Positions 16,575-27,169 are shown, counted from the first letter of the stretch. The stretch: DNA of 32,316 nt from an uncultured Alphaproteobacteria bacterium (GCA_913064755.1 CAJYBQ010000001.1:1-32316), one strand, 5' to 3'. The notes: generated from the letters alone by a model not told the origin. Made by a program: numbers and translations.

Positions 16575-17414
16575 TCAGGTTGCACCCGCTATAACTTCAC
16601 GCAGTCGTGCGGCAACTTCCTGCCCGCCGATCCCGTCCGCGAATATGTCACGCAGGCTGCGAACACCGTCCGACTTCGACAGTTTTCGCCCCTCGTCATC
16701 AGCTAGCAACTGATGATGAAGATAGTGTGGCGTTGGCAGGTCCAAAAGGTGTTGCAGCAGCACGTGCAGCGAGGTCTGGTGGAAAAGATCCATGCCGCGG
16801 ATGACATCCGTCACCCCCTGCGCGGCATCGTCCACAACGACGGCCAGGTGATAGCTGATGCCGATGTCACGACGCGCGATGACGACATCCCCCAGCCCTT
16901 CGCCGGACCAGACCTGGCGTCCTGCACGACCATCATGCCAGGTAATCGGACCGGCAAGGTCCAGTGCCTTGTCGAGCCGCAGCCGCCAGGCCGGTTGCTG
17001 TCCCGTCGCGAGCCGGGTCGCCACGGCAGCATCATCGAGGCGACGACAGGTCCCGCCATAGATCAGCCCGTCCACCCCCTGCCCCGGCGAATGCGCGGCA
17101 ACCTGTCGCCGGGTGCAGAAACAGGGGTAGACCAGTTGCCGGTCACGCAATTCATCCAGAACCGCCTGGTAGACCGGTCGACGTTGCGATTGCCGCCAGA
17201 TCCCGCCATCCCAGTCCAGCCCCAGCGCCGCCAGGTCTTCCGGGATCGCCGCCACGTACTCGGGCCGGCAACGGGTATGGTCGATATCCTCGATCCGCAG
17301 CAGGAACCGCCCGCCGGCCGCACGCGCATGGTCATGCGCCAGGACTGCGGAAAAGGCATGGCCCAGGTGCAGGTATCCGGTCGGGCTGGGGGCAAAGCGG
17401 GTCGTGAAGGTCAT
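16575..17414 (-). CDS. gluQ: Glutamyl-Q tRNA(Asp) synthetase
   Basis: RFAPSPTGYLHLGH, LRIEDID, YPCFCTR, YHLAVVVDD, KLSKS; no anticodon-binding domain. Confidence 0.95.
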   Translation of the reverse strand: MTFTTRFAPSPTGYLHLGHAFSAVLAHDHARAAGGRFLLRIEDIDHTRCRPEYVAAIPEDLAALGLDWDGGIWRQSQRRPVYQAVLDELRDRQLVYPCFCTRRQVAAHSPGQGVDGLIYGGTCRRLDDAAVATRLATGQQPAWRLRLDKALDLAGPITWHDGRAGRQVWSGEGLGDVVIARRDIGISYHLAVVVDDAAQGVTDVIRGMDLFHQTSLHVLLQHLLDLPTPHYLHHQLLADDEGRKLSKSDGVRSLRDIFADGIGGQEVAARLREVIAGAT

Positions 17415-17542
17415 GCGCCATTCCAACCACAGAACCCTTGCGTTGCAATCGGTAACACCTGTTCCGTTGCAAAGCGTTCGAAACGGTTCAGGATCGCCAG
17501 CATCAGGTATTCGGGAAAGCGACCTTGGGCTGGGAGGCCGGG

Positions 17543-18877
17543 GTGAGAAGCAGCAAGGCAACCATTGCAACGGTCCGGTTCGGAATGGGCGCACGACCCG
17601 GGGAGGTCGATGCGGCAAGGTCGGACCCGCGCGGCTGGCTTGCCTCGCACCTGGAAGACCCTGCACCACCGGGCGACAACCAGGACAACCTGGGCCCGTC
17701 CCATGTCCTGGTGCAGCAGTTGCTCGACGTCCTGCGCCCCTACAGCATTCCGAAGATCATCGAGCTGATCCGCGGTCCCTACCGAGAACAATACCTGCGC
17801 GAGGCCATCGCCCGGACAGGCATCGCCATCACGTCACCGACCAGCTTTCACGAACGCTGGGTCAGGTTCTGGTCCGATCATTTCACCGTCACCGGCAAGA
17901 AACCGGTCATCGGCGGCCTGGCCGGCAGCTTCGAACGGGAAGCCATTCGCCCGCATGTCACCGGCCGCTTCGTCGACCTGCTGCACGCCGTTGTCCGGCA
18001 CCCGGTCATGCTGCTGTACCTGGACAACGCACGTTCGTTCGGACCGAACAGCCCCGCCGCCCGCCTGAGCGATGGCGGCCTGAACGAGAACCTGGGGCGG
18101 GAGGTTCTGGAACTCCACACGCTGGGCGTCGATGGGGGCTACGATCAGAACGACGTCCGTTCCCTCGCGCTGATGCTGACGGGGTGGAGCCTCGGCCGCA
18201 AGGGGCGCGACCCGGTCGGTGGCGAGTTCAAATTCCATCAGTCTGCACATGAAGGCGGTGCGCACACGCTGCTCGGCAAGACCTATCCGGAAGGCGGCGT
18301 CGAACAGGCCGAAGACGCGCTGCGTGACCTGGCGCGGCATCCGGCGACGGCACGGAACGTGGCCCGGGAACTGGCCCGTCACTTCGTCTCGGACACCCCC
18401 GACGAGGCAGCGACAGGCAGGCTGGCGCGGGTCTTCCTGGAAACCGATGGCGATCTGAAACAGCTGGCGCTGGCCCTGCTGGACATGGATGCGGCGTGGC
18501 AGCCGCTGACCAAGCTCAAGACCCCGGACGACCTGGTGGTGTCGTGCCTGCGGGCAGTCGGCACGAACGGTGCCGACGGCGGCGTTCTCACCGCCATCAA
18601 CGAGCTGGGTCAGCCGCCGTGGATGGCCCCGTCACCGAAGGGCTGGCCGGATACCGCCAGCGCATGGATCACGCCTGACAGGGCCATGCGGCGGGTCGAT
18701 TTCGCCGCTGCCGTGGCCGCAAGGGCAGCGCCGACGATTGCCGATCCATCCCTGTGGGCGGTCAGCACGATGGGCGACCTCTACCGCGCGGAGACCCTGA
18801 CCGCGATCTCCCGCGCGGAAAGCCCGACACAGGCGATCTCACTGGCCCTCGCCGCCCCCGAATTTCAGCGCAGGTGA
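17543..18877 (+). CDS. DUF1800 family protein
   Basis: ERWVRFWSDHF, MLLYLDN, NENLGREVLELHTLGV, KLKTP, PSPKGWPD, PEFQRR. Confidence 0.93.
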   Translation: MRSSKATIATVRFGMGARPGEVDAARSDPRGWLASHLEDPAPPGDNQDNLGPSHVLVQQLLDVLRPYSIPKIIELIRGPYREQYLREAIARTGIAITSPTSFHERWVRFWSDHFTVTGKKPVIGGLAGSFEREAIRPHVTGRFVDLLHAVVRHPVMLLYLDNARSFGPNSPAARLSDGGLNENLGREVLELHTLGVDGGYDQNDVRSLALMLTGWSLGRKGRDPVGGEFKFHQSAHEGGAHTLLGKTYPEGGVEQAEDALRDLARHPATARNVARELARHFVSDTPDEAATGRLARVFLETDGDLKQLALALLDMDAAWQPLTKLKTPDDLVVSCLRAVGTNGADGGVLTAINELGQPPWMAPSPKGWPDTASAWITPDRAMRRVDFAAAVAARAAPTIADPSLWAVSTMGDLYRAETLTAISRAESPTQAISLALAAPEFQRR

Positions 18878-18881
18878 TGTC

Positions 18882-20051
18882 ATGACAAGCAGAAATCCCG
18901 GCATTTCCCGTCGTCGCCTGCTGCAGGTCAGCGGAGCCGGCGCCATGGTGGCGGCCTCCGGTACCGCGCAGGCCATGGGCCGGGCCGATCCACGTCTGCT
19001 GCTGATCATCCAGCGCGGCGGAACCGACGGCCTGACCTTCCTGCCCCCGGTGGGCGACCCCGACCTGGTATCGGTGCGCCCGGACCTGGAAAGCGCGGGA
19101 ACCCTGCCGCTGGACGGTTTCTTTGCCCTGCCATCGACGATGCCGACCGCCGCCGAGCTCTGGCAACGGGGGGAACTGGCCGGGTTTCACGCGATCTCCA
19201 CACCCTACAGGGACCGCAGCCACTTCGATGCGCAGAACGTGCTGGAAAGCGGCCTGTCCCGCCCGGAAGGGGCAGCGAACGGCTGGCTGAACCGCGCATT
19301 GGCACTGCGCCCCGACAGCGCGTCACGCGGTCTTTCGGTGGGTACCGGGACGCCACTGGTGATGCGCGGCCCTGCCGCCGTCGGTTCCTGGGCACCGTCG
19401 CAGCTGCCGGTCGCCGACCCGACACTGGTGGATCGCCTGATGCCGCTCTGGGGGAGCGATCCGCTGCTCGCCACCATGCTGGCGCAAGGTCGCGATCTGC
19501 AGGCGATGACCGGTGGCATGACCGGCAAGCGGGGCGGAATCGCGGCGGTCATGGCCGGGCTGATGGACAATGTCGGGCAGCTGATGGCGCGGCCAGGGGG
19601 GCCACGCATTGTCGCCATGGACAGCGGCGGCTGGGACATGCACGCCAACCTGCGGTTCTACATGAACCTGCTGACGGGCGATCTCGATCAGGGCATCGCC
19701 AACCTGCGTAGCCAGTTGGGCAGCGTGTGGTCCGATACCGTCGTCCTGATCGTCAGCGAGTTCGGTCGGACCGTGGATCCCAACGGGACCGGCGGTGCCG
19801 ACCATGGCATCGGTGGTGCCGCAATGGTGCTGGGCGGGGCAGTACGGGGGGGCCGTGTGTTCGCCGACTGGCCGGGTCTGCGCGCCGCCGATCGCATCGA
19901 CAATCGCGACCTGCGCCCGACACAGGACCTGCGTCACGTGTTTGCCGACATTCTGGGCAATCACCTGGGCTACAGCCGGGCGGAGATCAGCGAGACCATC
20001 CTGCCCGGTTACGTGTTCCCCGCGACACGAACGGAACTGTTCCGCAGCTGA
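18882..20051 (+). CDS. DUF1501 family protein with Tat signal
   Basis: SRRRLL signal; RGGTDGL, YRDRSHFDAQ, GGWDMH, SEFGRT..NGTGGADHG. Confidence 0.93.
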   Translation: MTSRNPGISRRRLLQVSGAGAMVAASGTAQAMGRADPRLLLIIQRGGTDGLTFLPPVGDPDLVSVRPDLESAGTLPLDGFFALPSTMPTAAELWQRGELAGFHAISTPYRDRSHFDAQNVLESGLSRPEGAANGWLNRALALRPDSASRGLSVGTGTPLVMRGPAAVGSWAPSQLPVADPTLVDRLMPLWGSDPLLATMLAQGRDLQAMTGGMTGKRGGIAAVMAGLMDNVGQLMARPGGPRIVAMDSGGWDMHANLRFYMNLLTGDLDQGIANLRSQLGSVWSDTVVLIVSEFGRTVDPNGTGGADHGIGGAAMVLGGAVRGGRVFADWPGLRAADRIDNRDLRPTQDLRHVFADILGNHLGYSRAEISETILPGYVFPATRTELFRS

Positions 20052-20160
20052 CCCCGAACGATGCGTCGCTGCATCTGGCCCATGGCTGCCGGTTGGTGAT
20101 AGGTTGGTGCATTGTTCGCCACCCGTGACCGATGGTGGCAGAGGTTTCAGGACGGTGAGC

Positions 20161-21120
20161 ATGCAGGGACCGGCAACCAAGCGTCAGAACGACTGGGTGG
20201 TCCTGTTCGTCGCGAACAGTGACGAGGCCCAGATCGACCGGACACTGATGGCCGCATGGTCTGTCCGCCAGCATTTCCGCGATCTGCCGATAGCCGTCGT
20301 GACCAGCCGACCGACCCATCGCCTGTGGCGCACATCCGTGTTCAATATCGTGCTCTCCGTCGCCGATGATGATGACGCCAATGTGGCTGCCTGTTGTCGC
20401 CGGGCGATGGAACGGGGCATCGCGGACCGGGCGTTCTACATGGATTCGCACTGCCGCCTGAGATCGGATGCCGTCGGCTCCCTGATGAAGCCGATGATCG
20501 AATCCGATGCCGACGTCGGGTTGCTGCCCGAAGGCGGGACGATTCCGGATGGGGTCGTCGGCCTCAGGAATTCACCCGGCGGTCTCGCGTTCCTCGATCA
20601 CTGGTCGGCCCGCCTGGGGGAAGGCAATGGTCTGCCGCACCTGGCAGAGGGGTCCGACCGCTACAGGGTCGTCGCATTGCGAGATGCCTGGCAGCCGGTG
20701 GCAGTCACGAAGACCGGCGAGACCCCGAACGTGGAAGTCCGCCAGGGCAACATGCGGCGCCTGCACGCGGAAATGCTGATCTTTGCCCTGCACCGGCTTG
20801 TGTCGGGCGACCTGAAGCGGGCCGCGACGGTCTATGCCCGGGTTGCCCTGCGAGCGGAGCCCGACCTGGTGCAGCTGGGCGCGGAACGCCTGGTTCCGCA
20901 TCTGCGGCAGCGGTTCCCGGAGAAGGTGGCGGGTCTGACCGACGACGGACTGTCGAAGCTGGACCAGATGCTGGCACATGCGGCAAAGGGCGACCCGGCG
21001 GGAAACCTGCTCGCCATCGCCGCGCTGCACCTGGAGATGGATCAGCCGAAGACCGCCGTGACCGTCCTGCGGCTGATCAGCAGGATGCAGTTCAAGCAAC
21101 CTGTTCCCCTGCCCGGATAG
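20161..21120 (+). CDS. Hypothetical protein, GT-A glycosyltransferase-like N-terminus plus helical C-terminus
   Basis: AWSVRQHFRDLPIAVVT...RAFYMDSH...GVVGLRNSPGGLAFLDHW resembles nucleotide-diphospho-sugar transferases. Confidence 0.55.
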   Translation: MQGPATKRQNDWVVLFVANSDEAQIDRTLMAAWSVRQHFRDLPIAVVTSRPTHRLWRTSVFNIVLSVADDDDANVAACCRRAMERGIADRAFYMDSHCRLRSDAVGSLMKPMIESDADVGLLPEGGTIPDGVVGLRNSPGGLAFLDHWSARLGEGNGLPHLAEGSDRYRVVALRDAWQPVAVTKTGETPNVEVRQGNMRRLHAEMLIFALHRLVSGDLKRAATVYARVALRAEPDLVQLGAERLVPHLRQRFPEKVAGLTDDGLSKLDQMLAHAAKGDPAGNLLAIAALHLEMDQPKTAVTVLRLISRMQFKQPVPLPG

Positions 21121-21159
21121 GCTGGACAGCCGCGCGCGAACGCGTGTGCCCGTTTCCTG

Positions 21160-21423
21160 TCAGGATTTCGGGTCGAACAGTTCACGCCAGTTGATGATGG
21201 CAAAGTGATCACTGGCCCAGAGCGCCAGGAACAGGGTCGTGGTGATCGCCGTGGTCAGCAGGAACTTGAACAGCAGCCGTGGGCGCGACGGCGCGCCGTC
21301 CGCCTGCCCCGGCACCATTTCCTCGCCCGTTTCAGGTGGGATGCGGACGCCGATGGGCAATACGGTGAACAGAACGACCCACCAAACGATGACGTAGATG
21401 ACGATACCGCCCGCAATGGACAT
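21160..21423 (-). CDS. DUF1467 family membrane protein
   Basis: IYVIVWWVVLFTVLPIGVR...VPG.A.GAP; usual position after mce. Confidence 0.92.
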   Translation of the reverse strand: MSIAGGIVIYVIVWWVVLFTVLPIGVRIPPETGEEMVPGQADGAPSRPRLLFKFLLTTAITTTLFLALWASDHFAIINWRELFDPKS

Positions 21424-21500
21424 GGCCTGTTCCCCGACTGTTGCCGATCCCTGCCGGTAACACGTGATCAGCAGGGATCATTCGTTGCCCGATGCACCGC

Positions 21501-21908
21501 TCAAGCGGGCTGTTCAAGCTCCACCAGCGTACCGCAGAAGTCCTTCGGATGCAGGAACAGCACCGGGTTGCCATGGGCGCCGATCTTCGGCTCCCCATCG
21601 CCTAACACCCGCGCACCCGCGGCCTTCAGCTTGTCACGCGCCGCGATGATGTCATCGACATCATAGCAGACATGGTGCATGCCACCGGCCGGATTCGACT
21701 TCAGGAAGTTCGCGATGGGGGAGCCTTCCCCCAGCGGATGCAGCAGTTCGATCTTGGTATTGCCCAGTTCCACGAACACCACGGTCACGCCGTGATCCGG
21801 CTCCGGCTGCTGTTCGGAAACCTTCGCCCCCAGGGTATCGCGATAGGTTGCGGTTGCCGCTTCCAGATCAGGCACGGCGATGGCTACATGATTCAGACGT
21901 CCGATCAT
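21501..21908 (-). CDS. mce: Methylmalonyl-CoA epimerase
   Basis: MIGRLNHVAIAVPDL...GGMHHVCY...GAHGNPVLFLHPKDFCGTLVELE. Confidence 0.97.
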   Translation of the reverse strand: MIGRLNHVAIAVPDLEAATATYRDTLGAKVSEQQPEPDHGVTVVFVELGNTKIELLHPLGEGSPIANFLKSNPAGGMHHVCYDVDDIIAARDKLKAAGARVLGDGEPKIGAHGNPVLFLHPKDFCGTLVELEQPA

Positions 21909-23701
21909 CAGACGGCCTCCTTCCACTTGTCTGCTGCGACCCGCTCGCCCACTTCCAGGCGCACGACCTCGCACTCTGTTATCGGCCGCCGACCATTGGC
22001 TTGCCGAATGACCTTCCGCAATGCACGCACTGCGGCCTGTGCTATGGCGTCGTCATCTGCCGGGCGACGCCCGTTGATCTTGCCCAGTTCCCTCTCGATC
22101 GCGCGTTCCGCATCCGCGATCAGGTCACCGTGCTCCTTGCCTTCGGCAATGCCGATCAGGCTGATGCGCGGATCTTCGATCAGTTCGCTGTCCTCGTCGA
22201 CGACCAGCACGATCATTGCCGCACCGTTGTTGCTCAGCCGCCGGCGGTCCTGCAGCATGGACGCGGCGGTCAGCACCAGGCCGGACGCATCGACGGCCAG
22301 CCGTCCGACCGGCACCTCGCCCACCTTCTTCGGTGTCCCCGGGCCGAGTTGCAGCATGTCGCCGTTCAGGACCAGGTGCGCCTCCGGCACACCGCATTCC
22401 TTGACGGAGAACCGCGCCTGCTCGATCAGGTGCCGGGCTTCCCCGTGCACGGGGATCACCATTTCCGGCTTCACGATGTCATACATGCGGCGCAGTTCGT
22501 CCCGGCTGGGATGGCCGGAAACATGCACGCCCCGGTCCTTCTCCGTCACCACCTCGATCTGGTTCAGGGCAAGCTGGTTGTGCAACTGGTAAAGGGTGCG
22601 GTCGTTGCCCGGGATGATCTTCGACGAGAAGATCACCACGTCGCCCTTGGTCAGGTTGATCTGCGGATGGTCGTCGTTGGCGATGCGGGCCATGGCACCG
22701 CGTGACTCGCCCTGGCAACCCGTGCACAGCAGCAGCACCTTGTCGCGCGGCATGGCCGCCGCTTCCTTGTCGTTCAGCGGCTCCTCGATATTGGCCAGGT
22801 AACCGACCTTGCGCGCCGCCTCGTAGAACTTCCAGAGCGACCGCCCGACAAGCGCGAAATGCCGCCCGGATTCCCGCGCCGCATGTGCCGCGCTCTCCAG
22901 CCGCGCCACGTTGGACGCGAAGGTGGTGATGATCACCCGCCCGCCCTTCCGCGCCTTCACGACTTCCGTCAGTTCGGCCCGGACATCGCCTTCCGAACCG
23001 GACACGCCGGGGCTGAAGACATTCGTTGAATCGCAGACCAGCGCCCTGATGCCCTTGTCGGCCCAGGCGCGCAGCGCCGCCTCGTCGGAGGCCGGGCCGA
23101 GCATCGGCGTGGCGTCGAACTTCCAGTCGCCGGTGTGCAGCAGGGTCCCGTGCGGGGTCTCGATGGCCAGCGCCATCATCTCCAGCGTCGAATGGGTCAG
23201 CCCGATCATGGTGACGCGGAACGGACCGAGTTCCAGCGGATCCTCACCCGTGACGATGCGCAGGTCGACATCATCCTCGATCCCGGCTTCCTTGAACTTG
23301 CCCATCAGCAGTTCGGCCGCGAAGGGTGTTGCATATACCGGGCAGCGAAAACGCCGCCACAGGTGATGCACAGCGCCCAGGTGGTCCTCGTGACCATGGG
23401 TGATGACCAGCCCGAGGATATCCTCGGCCTCGGCTTCCGCGAAGGTCGGGTCCGGCACGACGATATCGACACCGGGAAGATTCTCGTCGGCGAAGGTCAT
23501 GCCGCAATCGACCATCAGCCACTTGCCTTGCGCACCATACATGGTGAGGTTCATGCCGATCTCGCCACAGCCCCCCAATGGCACCATGATCAGGCCGTCA
23601 CGATGGGGATGGGCGCGGTTGCCCCTGGCGCCGTGGCTCTTCTCGCCCTTGGACTTGTCCTGCCCGGGACCGTTCTTCCTGGCCGTTTTCGCCTTGCTCA
23701 C
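21908..23701 (-). CDS. rnj: Ribonuclease J
   Basis: PLGGCGEIGMN, THGHEDHLG, HTGDWK, FASNVAR, HVSGH, PVHGE. Confidence 0.97.
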   Translation of the reverse strand: MSKAKTARKNGPGQDKSKGEKSHGARGNRAHPHRDGLIMVPLGGCGEIGMNLTMYGAQGKWLMVDCGMTFADENLPGVDIVVPDPTFAEAEAEDILGLVITHGHEDHLGAVHHLWRRFRCPVYATPFAAELLMGKFKEAGIEDDVDLRIVTGEDPLELGPFRVTMIGLTHSTLEMMALAIETPHGTLLHTGDWKFDATPMLGPASDEAALRAWADKGIRALVCDSTNVFSPGVSGSEGDVRAELTEVVKARKGGRVIITTFASNVARLESAAHAARESGRHFALVGRSLWKFYEAARKVGYLANIEEPLNDKEAAAMPRDKVLLLCTGCQGESRGAMARIANDDHPQINLTKGDVVIFSSKIIPGNDRTLYQLHNQLALNQIEVVTEKDRGVHVSGHPSRDELRRMYDIVKPEMVIPVHGEARHLIEQARFSVKECGVPEAHLVLNGDMLQLGPGTPKKVGEVPVGRLAVDASGLVLTAASMLQDRRRLSNNGAAMIVLVVDEDSELIEDPRISLIGIAEGKEHGDLIADAERAIERELGKINGRRPADDDAIAQAAVRALRKVIRQANGRRPITECEVVRLEVGERVAADKWKEAV

Positions 23702-24477
23702 TGCAATGTCCTCGGGTTACGGCGGCTGATCTCCAGCAATCCGTGCATGGTGAGATCACGGTCGATCTCTTCAATCACATCCGTACCATCGGCAAACATC
23801 GGGGCAAGCCCACCCGTGGCGATGACCTGTATACGCGCTCCGTACTCTTCGCGGATGCGACTGATCAGCCCTTCGATCAGGCCAACGTAGCCCCAGTAGA
23901 CCCCCGAAAGCATCGCGGACTGCGTATCGTTGCCGATCACCCGCTCCGGTCGCTCCACGGCAATGCGCGGCAGTTTCGCCGCCGCCATGTGCAATGCCTC
24001 GAGACTCAGGTTGATTCCGGGGGCAATGACACCGCCCTGGTAATTGCCATCACCGTCGATGATGTCGAAGGTCGTCGCGGTACCGAAATCGACGATGATC
24101 GCGGGGCCACCGTACTTCATTTTCGCGCCGACGGCGTTGACGATGCGGTCCGCGCCCACTTCGCGCGATTTCTCGATCAGGATACGGATGCCGACATCCA
24201 CGTCCGGATCGCCGATGACCAGCGGTTCGCAGCGGTAGTAGCGACGGCAGAGCGTGCGCAGGTTGAACAGTGCCTGCGGCACAACGGTGGCGATGATGGC
24301 GCTGTCGATCAGTTTGACATCGACCTCTGCCAGCCCCATCAACGACCCGAGCCAGACGCCGTATTCATCCGCCGTGCGGGCTGAATTGGTGCTGGTGCGC
24401 CATTCGCCCACGATATCGTTGCCATCGAAAACCGCGAAGGTCGTGTTGGTGTTGCCCGCATCAATCGCCAACAGCAT
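23698..24477 (-). CDS. coaX: Type III pantothenate kinase
   Basis: LAIDAGNTN, GADRIVN, VDFGTATTFD, IATGG. Confidence 0.97.
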   Translation of the reverse strand: MLLAIDAGNTNTTFAVFDGNDIVGEWRTSTNSARTADEYGVWLGSLMGLAEVDVKLIDSAIIATVVPQALFNLRTLCRRYYRCEPLVIGDPDVDVGIRILIEKSREVGADRIVNAVGAKMKYGGPAIIVDFGTATTFDIIDGDGNYQGGVIAPGINLSLEALHMAAAKLPRIAVERPERVIGNDTQSAMLSGVYWGYVGLIEGLISRIREEYGARIQVIATGGLAPMFADGTDVIEEIDRDLTMHGLLEISRRNPRTLQ

Positions 24478-24492
24478 TCGCTTGCTCCTCAA

Positions 24493-25242
24493 TCAGTCCT
24501 GGCGGTGCGTCGGGCGAAAGACATCGCCCGCCGTGACCCGCCTGATCGTGTCATCACCCTGTCGCAACAGCAGCGCACCATCCACGTCCAGCCCGTCGAA
24601 CCGACCATGCAGTTCGCCATCTGCCAGGCGGGCGACGACCGGCTTGCCCAGGCCATCGGCGACGGCCAGCCAGGCACTGCGGACGTGCGCGAAGCCCTGC
24701 GTCTCCCATGTTTCCGTCCAGGCCGTCAAGCGCATGCTGAGCATGGCAAGGACCCGTTCCACGGTGATTGCCGGGTCCAACTGGCCCAGGGCCACCGCAC
24801 CGTAGGGCGTATCGGTCGGGGCCGATGCCACGTTGATGCCGATCCCCATGATCACGGCGTCGCGCCCGGCCGTTGATCGCGCGGTTTCGAGCAGGATGCC
24901 GGAAAGCTTCGCACCGTCCGCCAGGACATCATTGGGCCACTTGCAGCGAATGCTGGCATGTTCCCCGGCCAGGGCCTCCGCCATCTCCGCCACCGCGACG
25001 GCGACAACGAAAGAAAGTTCGGCGAACCGCATCAAGGGCACGTTCGGACAATAGGCAAAGGATGCATAGAGATTGCCTGCCGGGCTAACCCATTCGCGAC
25101 CACGTCGGCCACGTCCCTTCACCTGGCGTTCGGCGGTAATCACCAGCGGACCGGCATCCAGCAGGTCCAGCCGGTGCCGCACCTCGTCATTGGTGGAACC
25201 CACGTCGCCCAGGGCGACGTGACGAAAACGACCCGTGCCCAT
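24493..25242 (-). CDS. birA: Biotin-[acetyl-CoA-carboxylase] ligase (no HTH domain)
   Basis: STN, Q.KGRGRRGREW.SP.GNLY, KWPNDV, KLSGILLE, GIGIN. Confidence 0.96.
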   Translation of the reverse strand: MGTGRFRHVALGDVGSTNDEVRHRLDLLDAGPLVITAERQVKGRGRRGREWVSPAGNLYASFAYCPNVPLMRFAELSFVVAVAVAEMAEALAGEHASIRCKWPNDVLADGAKLSGILLETARSTAGRDAVIMGIGINVASAPTDTPYGAVALGQLDPAITVERVLAMLSMRLTAWTETWETQGFAHVRSAWLAVADGLGKPVVARLADGELHGRFDGLDVDGALLLRQGDDTIRRVTAGDVFRPTHRQD

Positions 25243-25706
25243 CAATCGAGCGACAGCGTCATGAAGGCACTTTCCGGATCGTCGGGATAGTCGGCAAACG
25301 GTCCGCAGACGGCAAAGCCGTGCCGCGCATACAGCGCGCGCGCAGCCCCGAACCCGTCCGCCGACCCGGTTTCCAGGCTGACCCGCCGATACCCGCGCGA
25401 CCGGGCAACGCCGATGATGTGGTCAAGCATCTTTCCGGCCAGGCCCTGGCCACGCAGGGCGGCCACGGTGTGCATCGACTTGATCTCGCCATGTTCGGCA
25501 TCCAGCATCTTCAGGGCGCCGAAACCGATCAGCTCCGCCCCGTTCCACATGGTCCAGAACGTCATGCCGGGCGCGGCAAGCCCCCCGGCATCCAGCGCGT
25601 AGATCTTGTCGGGATCGGTGTGCGCCAGCATGTGGGCGTGATGCGCCTGCAGCAATGCCAGACACTCAGGACGCGTGGGATCGTCCGTCCGTATCGATAC
25701 CTGCAT
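25242..25706 (-). CDS. GNAT family N-acetyltransferase (YsnE/YedL-like)
   Basis: GEIKSMHT...RGQGLA...SLETGS...ARALY...GPFADY..DP.S.FM. Confidence 0.9.
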   Translation of the reverse strand: MQVSIRTDDPTRPECLALLQAHHAHMLAHTDPDKIYALDAGGLAAPGMTFWTMWNGAELIGFGALKMLDAEHGEIKSMHTVAALRGQGLAGKMLDHIIGVARSRGYRRVSLETGSADGFGAARALYARHGFAVCGPFADYPDDPESAFMTLSLD

Positions 25707-25723
25707 CGCGTCCGGCCCGGTAC

Positions 25724-27157
25724 TCAGGGAAACAGGCTGTCTGCGGCCCCGGCGGCAACATTCACCAGTTCACCGGGTATGATGAAGAACAGGGCGACCA
25801 GCAAGGCCGAAACGGTCATCAGGAAACCGAGTTCCTTGCCGATCGGCAGCGACAGCGGCTCCGACGGTTCATCGAAGTACATGATCTTGATGATGCGGAT
25901 GTAATAGAACGCCCCCACCACGCTGGCCAGCACACCGATGATGGCAAGGTAGTAGAGCCCGGCATTGATCGCCGCCATGAAGACGTAGAGCTTGCCGAAG
26001 AACCCGGCCAGGGGCGGAACACCCGCCAGCGAGAACATGAAGATCGTCAGTGCCAGTGCCATCCCCTTGTGGGTCTTGGCCAGCCCGCGCAGGTCGTCGA
26101 TGCTCTCCACCATCCGGTCCCGGCGCCGCATCGCCAGGATGCAGGCGAAGGTGCCGATGTTCATCACCAGGTAGATGGTCAGATAGACCAGGACACCGCG
26201 CACGCCCTCGGCATTCGCCGCGGCCAGGCCGACAAGCGCGTATCCGACGTGGCCGATGGAGGAATAGGCCATCAGGCGCTTGATGTTGCGCTGTCCGATC
26301 GCCGCGAATGCCCCCAGCAACATCGACAGGACGGAAATCAGCCAGATGATCTGGCGCCAGTCGGCCTCCATGCCGCCGAACGGTTCCAGCATCGCGCGCA
26401 GGAACAGGGCGATGGCGGCAACCTTCGGTGCGGTGGCGAAGAACGCCGTCACCGGAGACGGTGCGCCTTCGTAGACGTCCGGCGTCCACATGTGGAACGG
26501 CACGGCGGAAACCTTGAACGCCAGGCCGGCGGACAGGAAGACGATGCCGATGATCAGGCCGATGCTGGCCTTCTCCTGCCCCTGCAGCGTGTTGGCGATG
26601 TCACCGAAGGTGGTCGCGCCGGTGAAGCCGTAGATCATGGAACAGCCGTAGAGCAGCATGCCCGACGACAGCGCGCCCAGGACGAAATACTTCAGACCGG
26701 CCTCGGTCGTGCGGGTGGAGTCACGCTTGAACGCGGCCAGCACGTAGAGTGGCAAGCTCTGCAGTTCGATACCCATGTAGAGCGAGATCAGGTCGTTCGC
26801 CGACACCATCATCAGCATGCCGAGGGTCGCGATCAGGATCAGCACCGGGTATTCGAACCGGTCCATCCCCTCCCGCTTGATGAAACCCTGCGACATCACA
26901 AGAGCCGCGGCGGATCCGATCAGGATGAGCACCTTGGCAAAGCGCGCGAAGGAATCGACCACGAAAAGGCCTGCGAAGCTGACCGACCGCCCTTCATCGC
27001 TCAGGACCAGGATCAACGTGATGCCCAGCGCGAACACGCCGAGCCAGGACACGAGACCGGAACTGGAACCGGGCTTCTGGAACACGCCGACCATCAGCAG
27101 CGCCATGGAGGCGACGGCCAGGAAGATCTCGGGAAATGCTATGGCGAAATCATGCAT
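25724..27157 (-). CDS. nuoN: NADH-quinone oxidoreductase subunit N
   Basis: [41 protein letters not shown]. Confidence 0.98.
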   Translation of the reverse strand: MHDFAIAFPEIFLAVASMALLMVGVFQKPGSSSGLVSWLGVFALGITLILVLSDEGRSVSFAGLFVVDSFARFAKVLILIGSAAALVMSQGFIKREGMDRFEYPVLILIATLGMLMMVSANDLISLYMGIELQSLPLYVLAAFKRDSTRTTEAGLKYFVLGALSSGMLLYGCSMIYGFTGATTFGDIANTLQGQEKASIGLIIGIVFLSAGLAFKVSAVPFHMWTPDVYEGAPSPVTAFFATAPKVAAIALFLRAMLEPFGGMEADWRQIIWLISVLSMLLGAFAAIGQRNIKRLMAYSSIGHVGYALVGLAAANAEGVRGVLVYLTIYLVMNIGTFACILAMRRRDRMVESIDDLRGLAKTHKGMALALTIFMFSLAGVPPLAGFFGKLYVFMAAINAGLYYLAIIGVLASVVGAFYYIRIIKIMYFDEPSEPLSLPIGKELGFLMTVSALLVALFFIIPGELVNVAAGAADSLFP

Positions 27158-27169
27158 GGTGATCGTGCC

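Noticed and set aside
17441-17480. CGTTGCAA direct repeat and a GTAACA...CGTT ECF-like promoter before DUF1800
   Set aside because: Short matches, uncertain spacing and no ECF sigma gene in the window; cannot be supported.
21446-21479. Hairpin gatccctgc/gcagggatc between mce and DUF1467 as a terminator or sRNA
   Set aside because: No U-tract and no other support; an ordinary intergenic stem.
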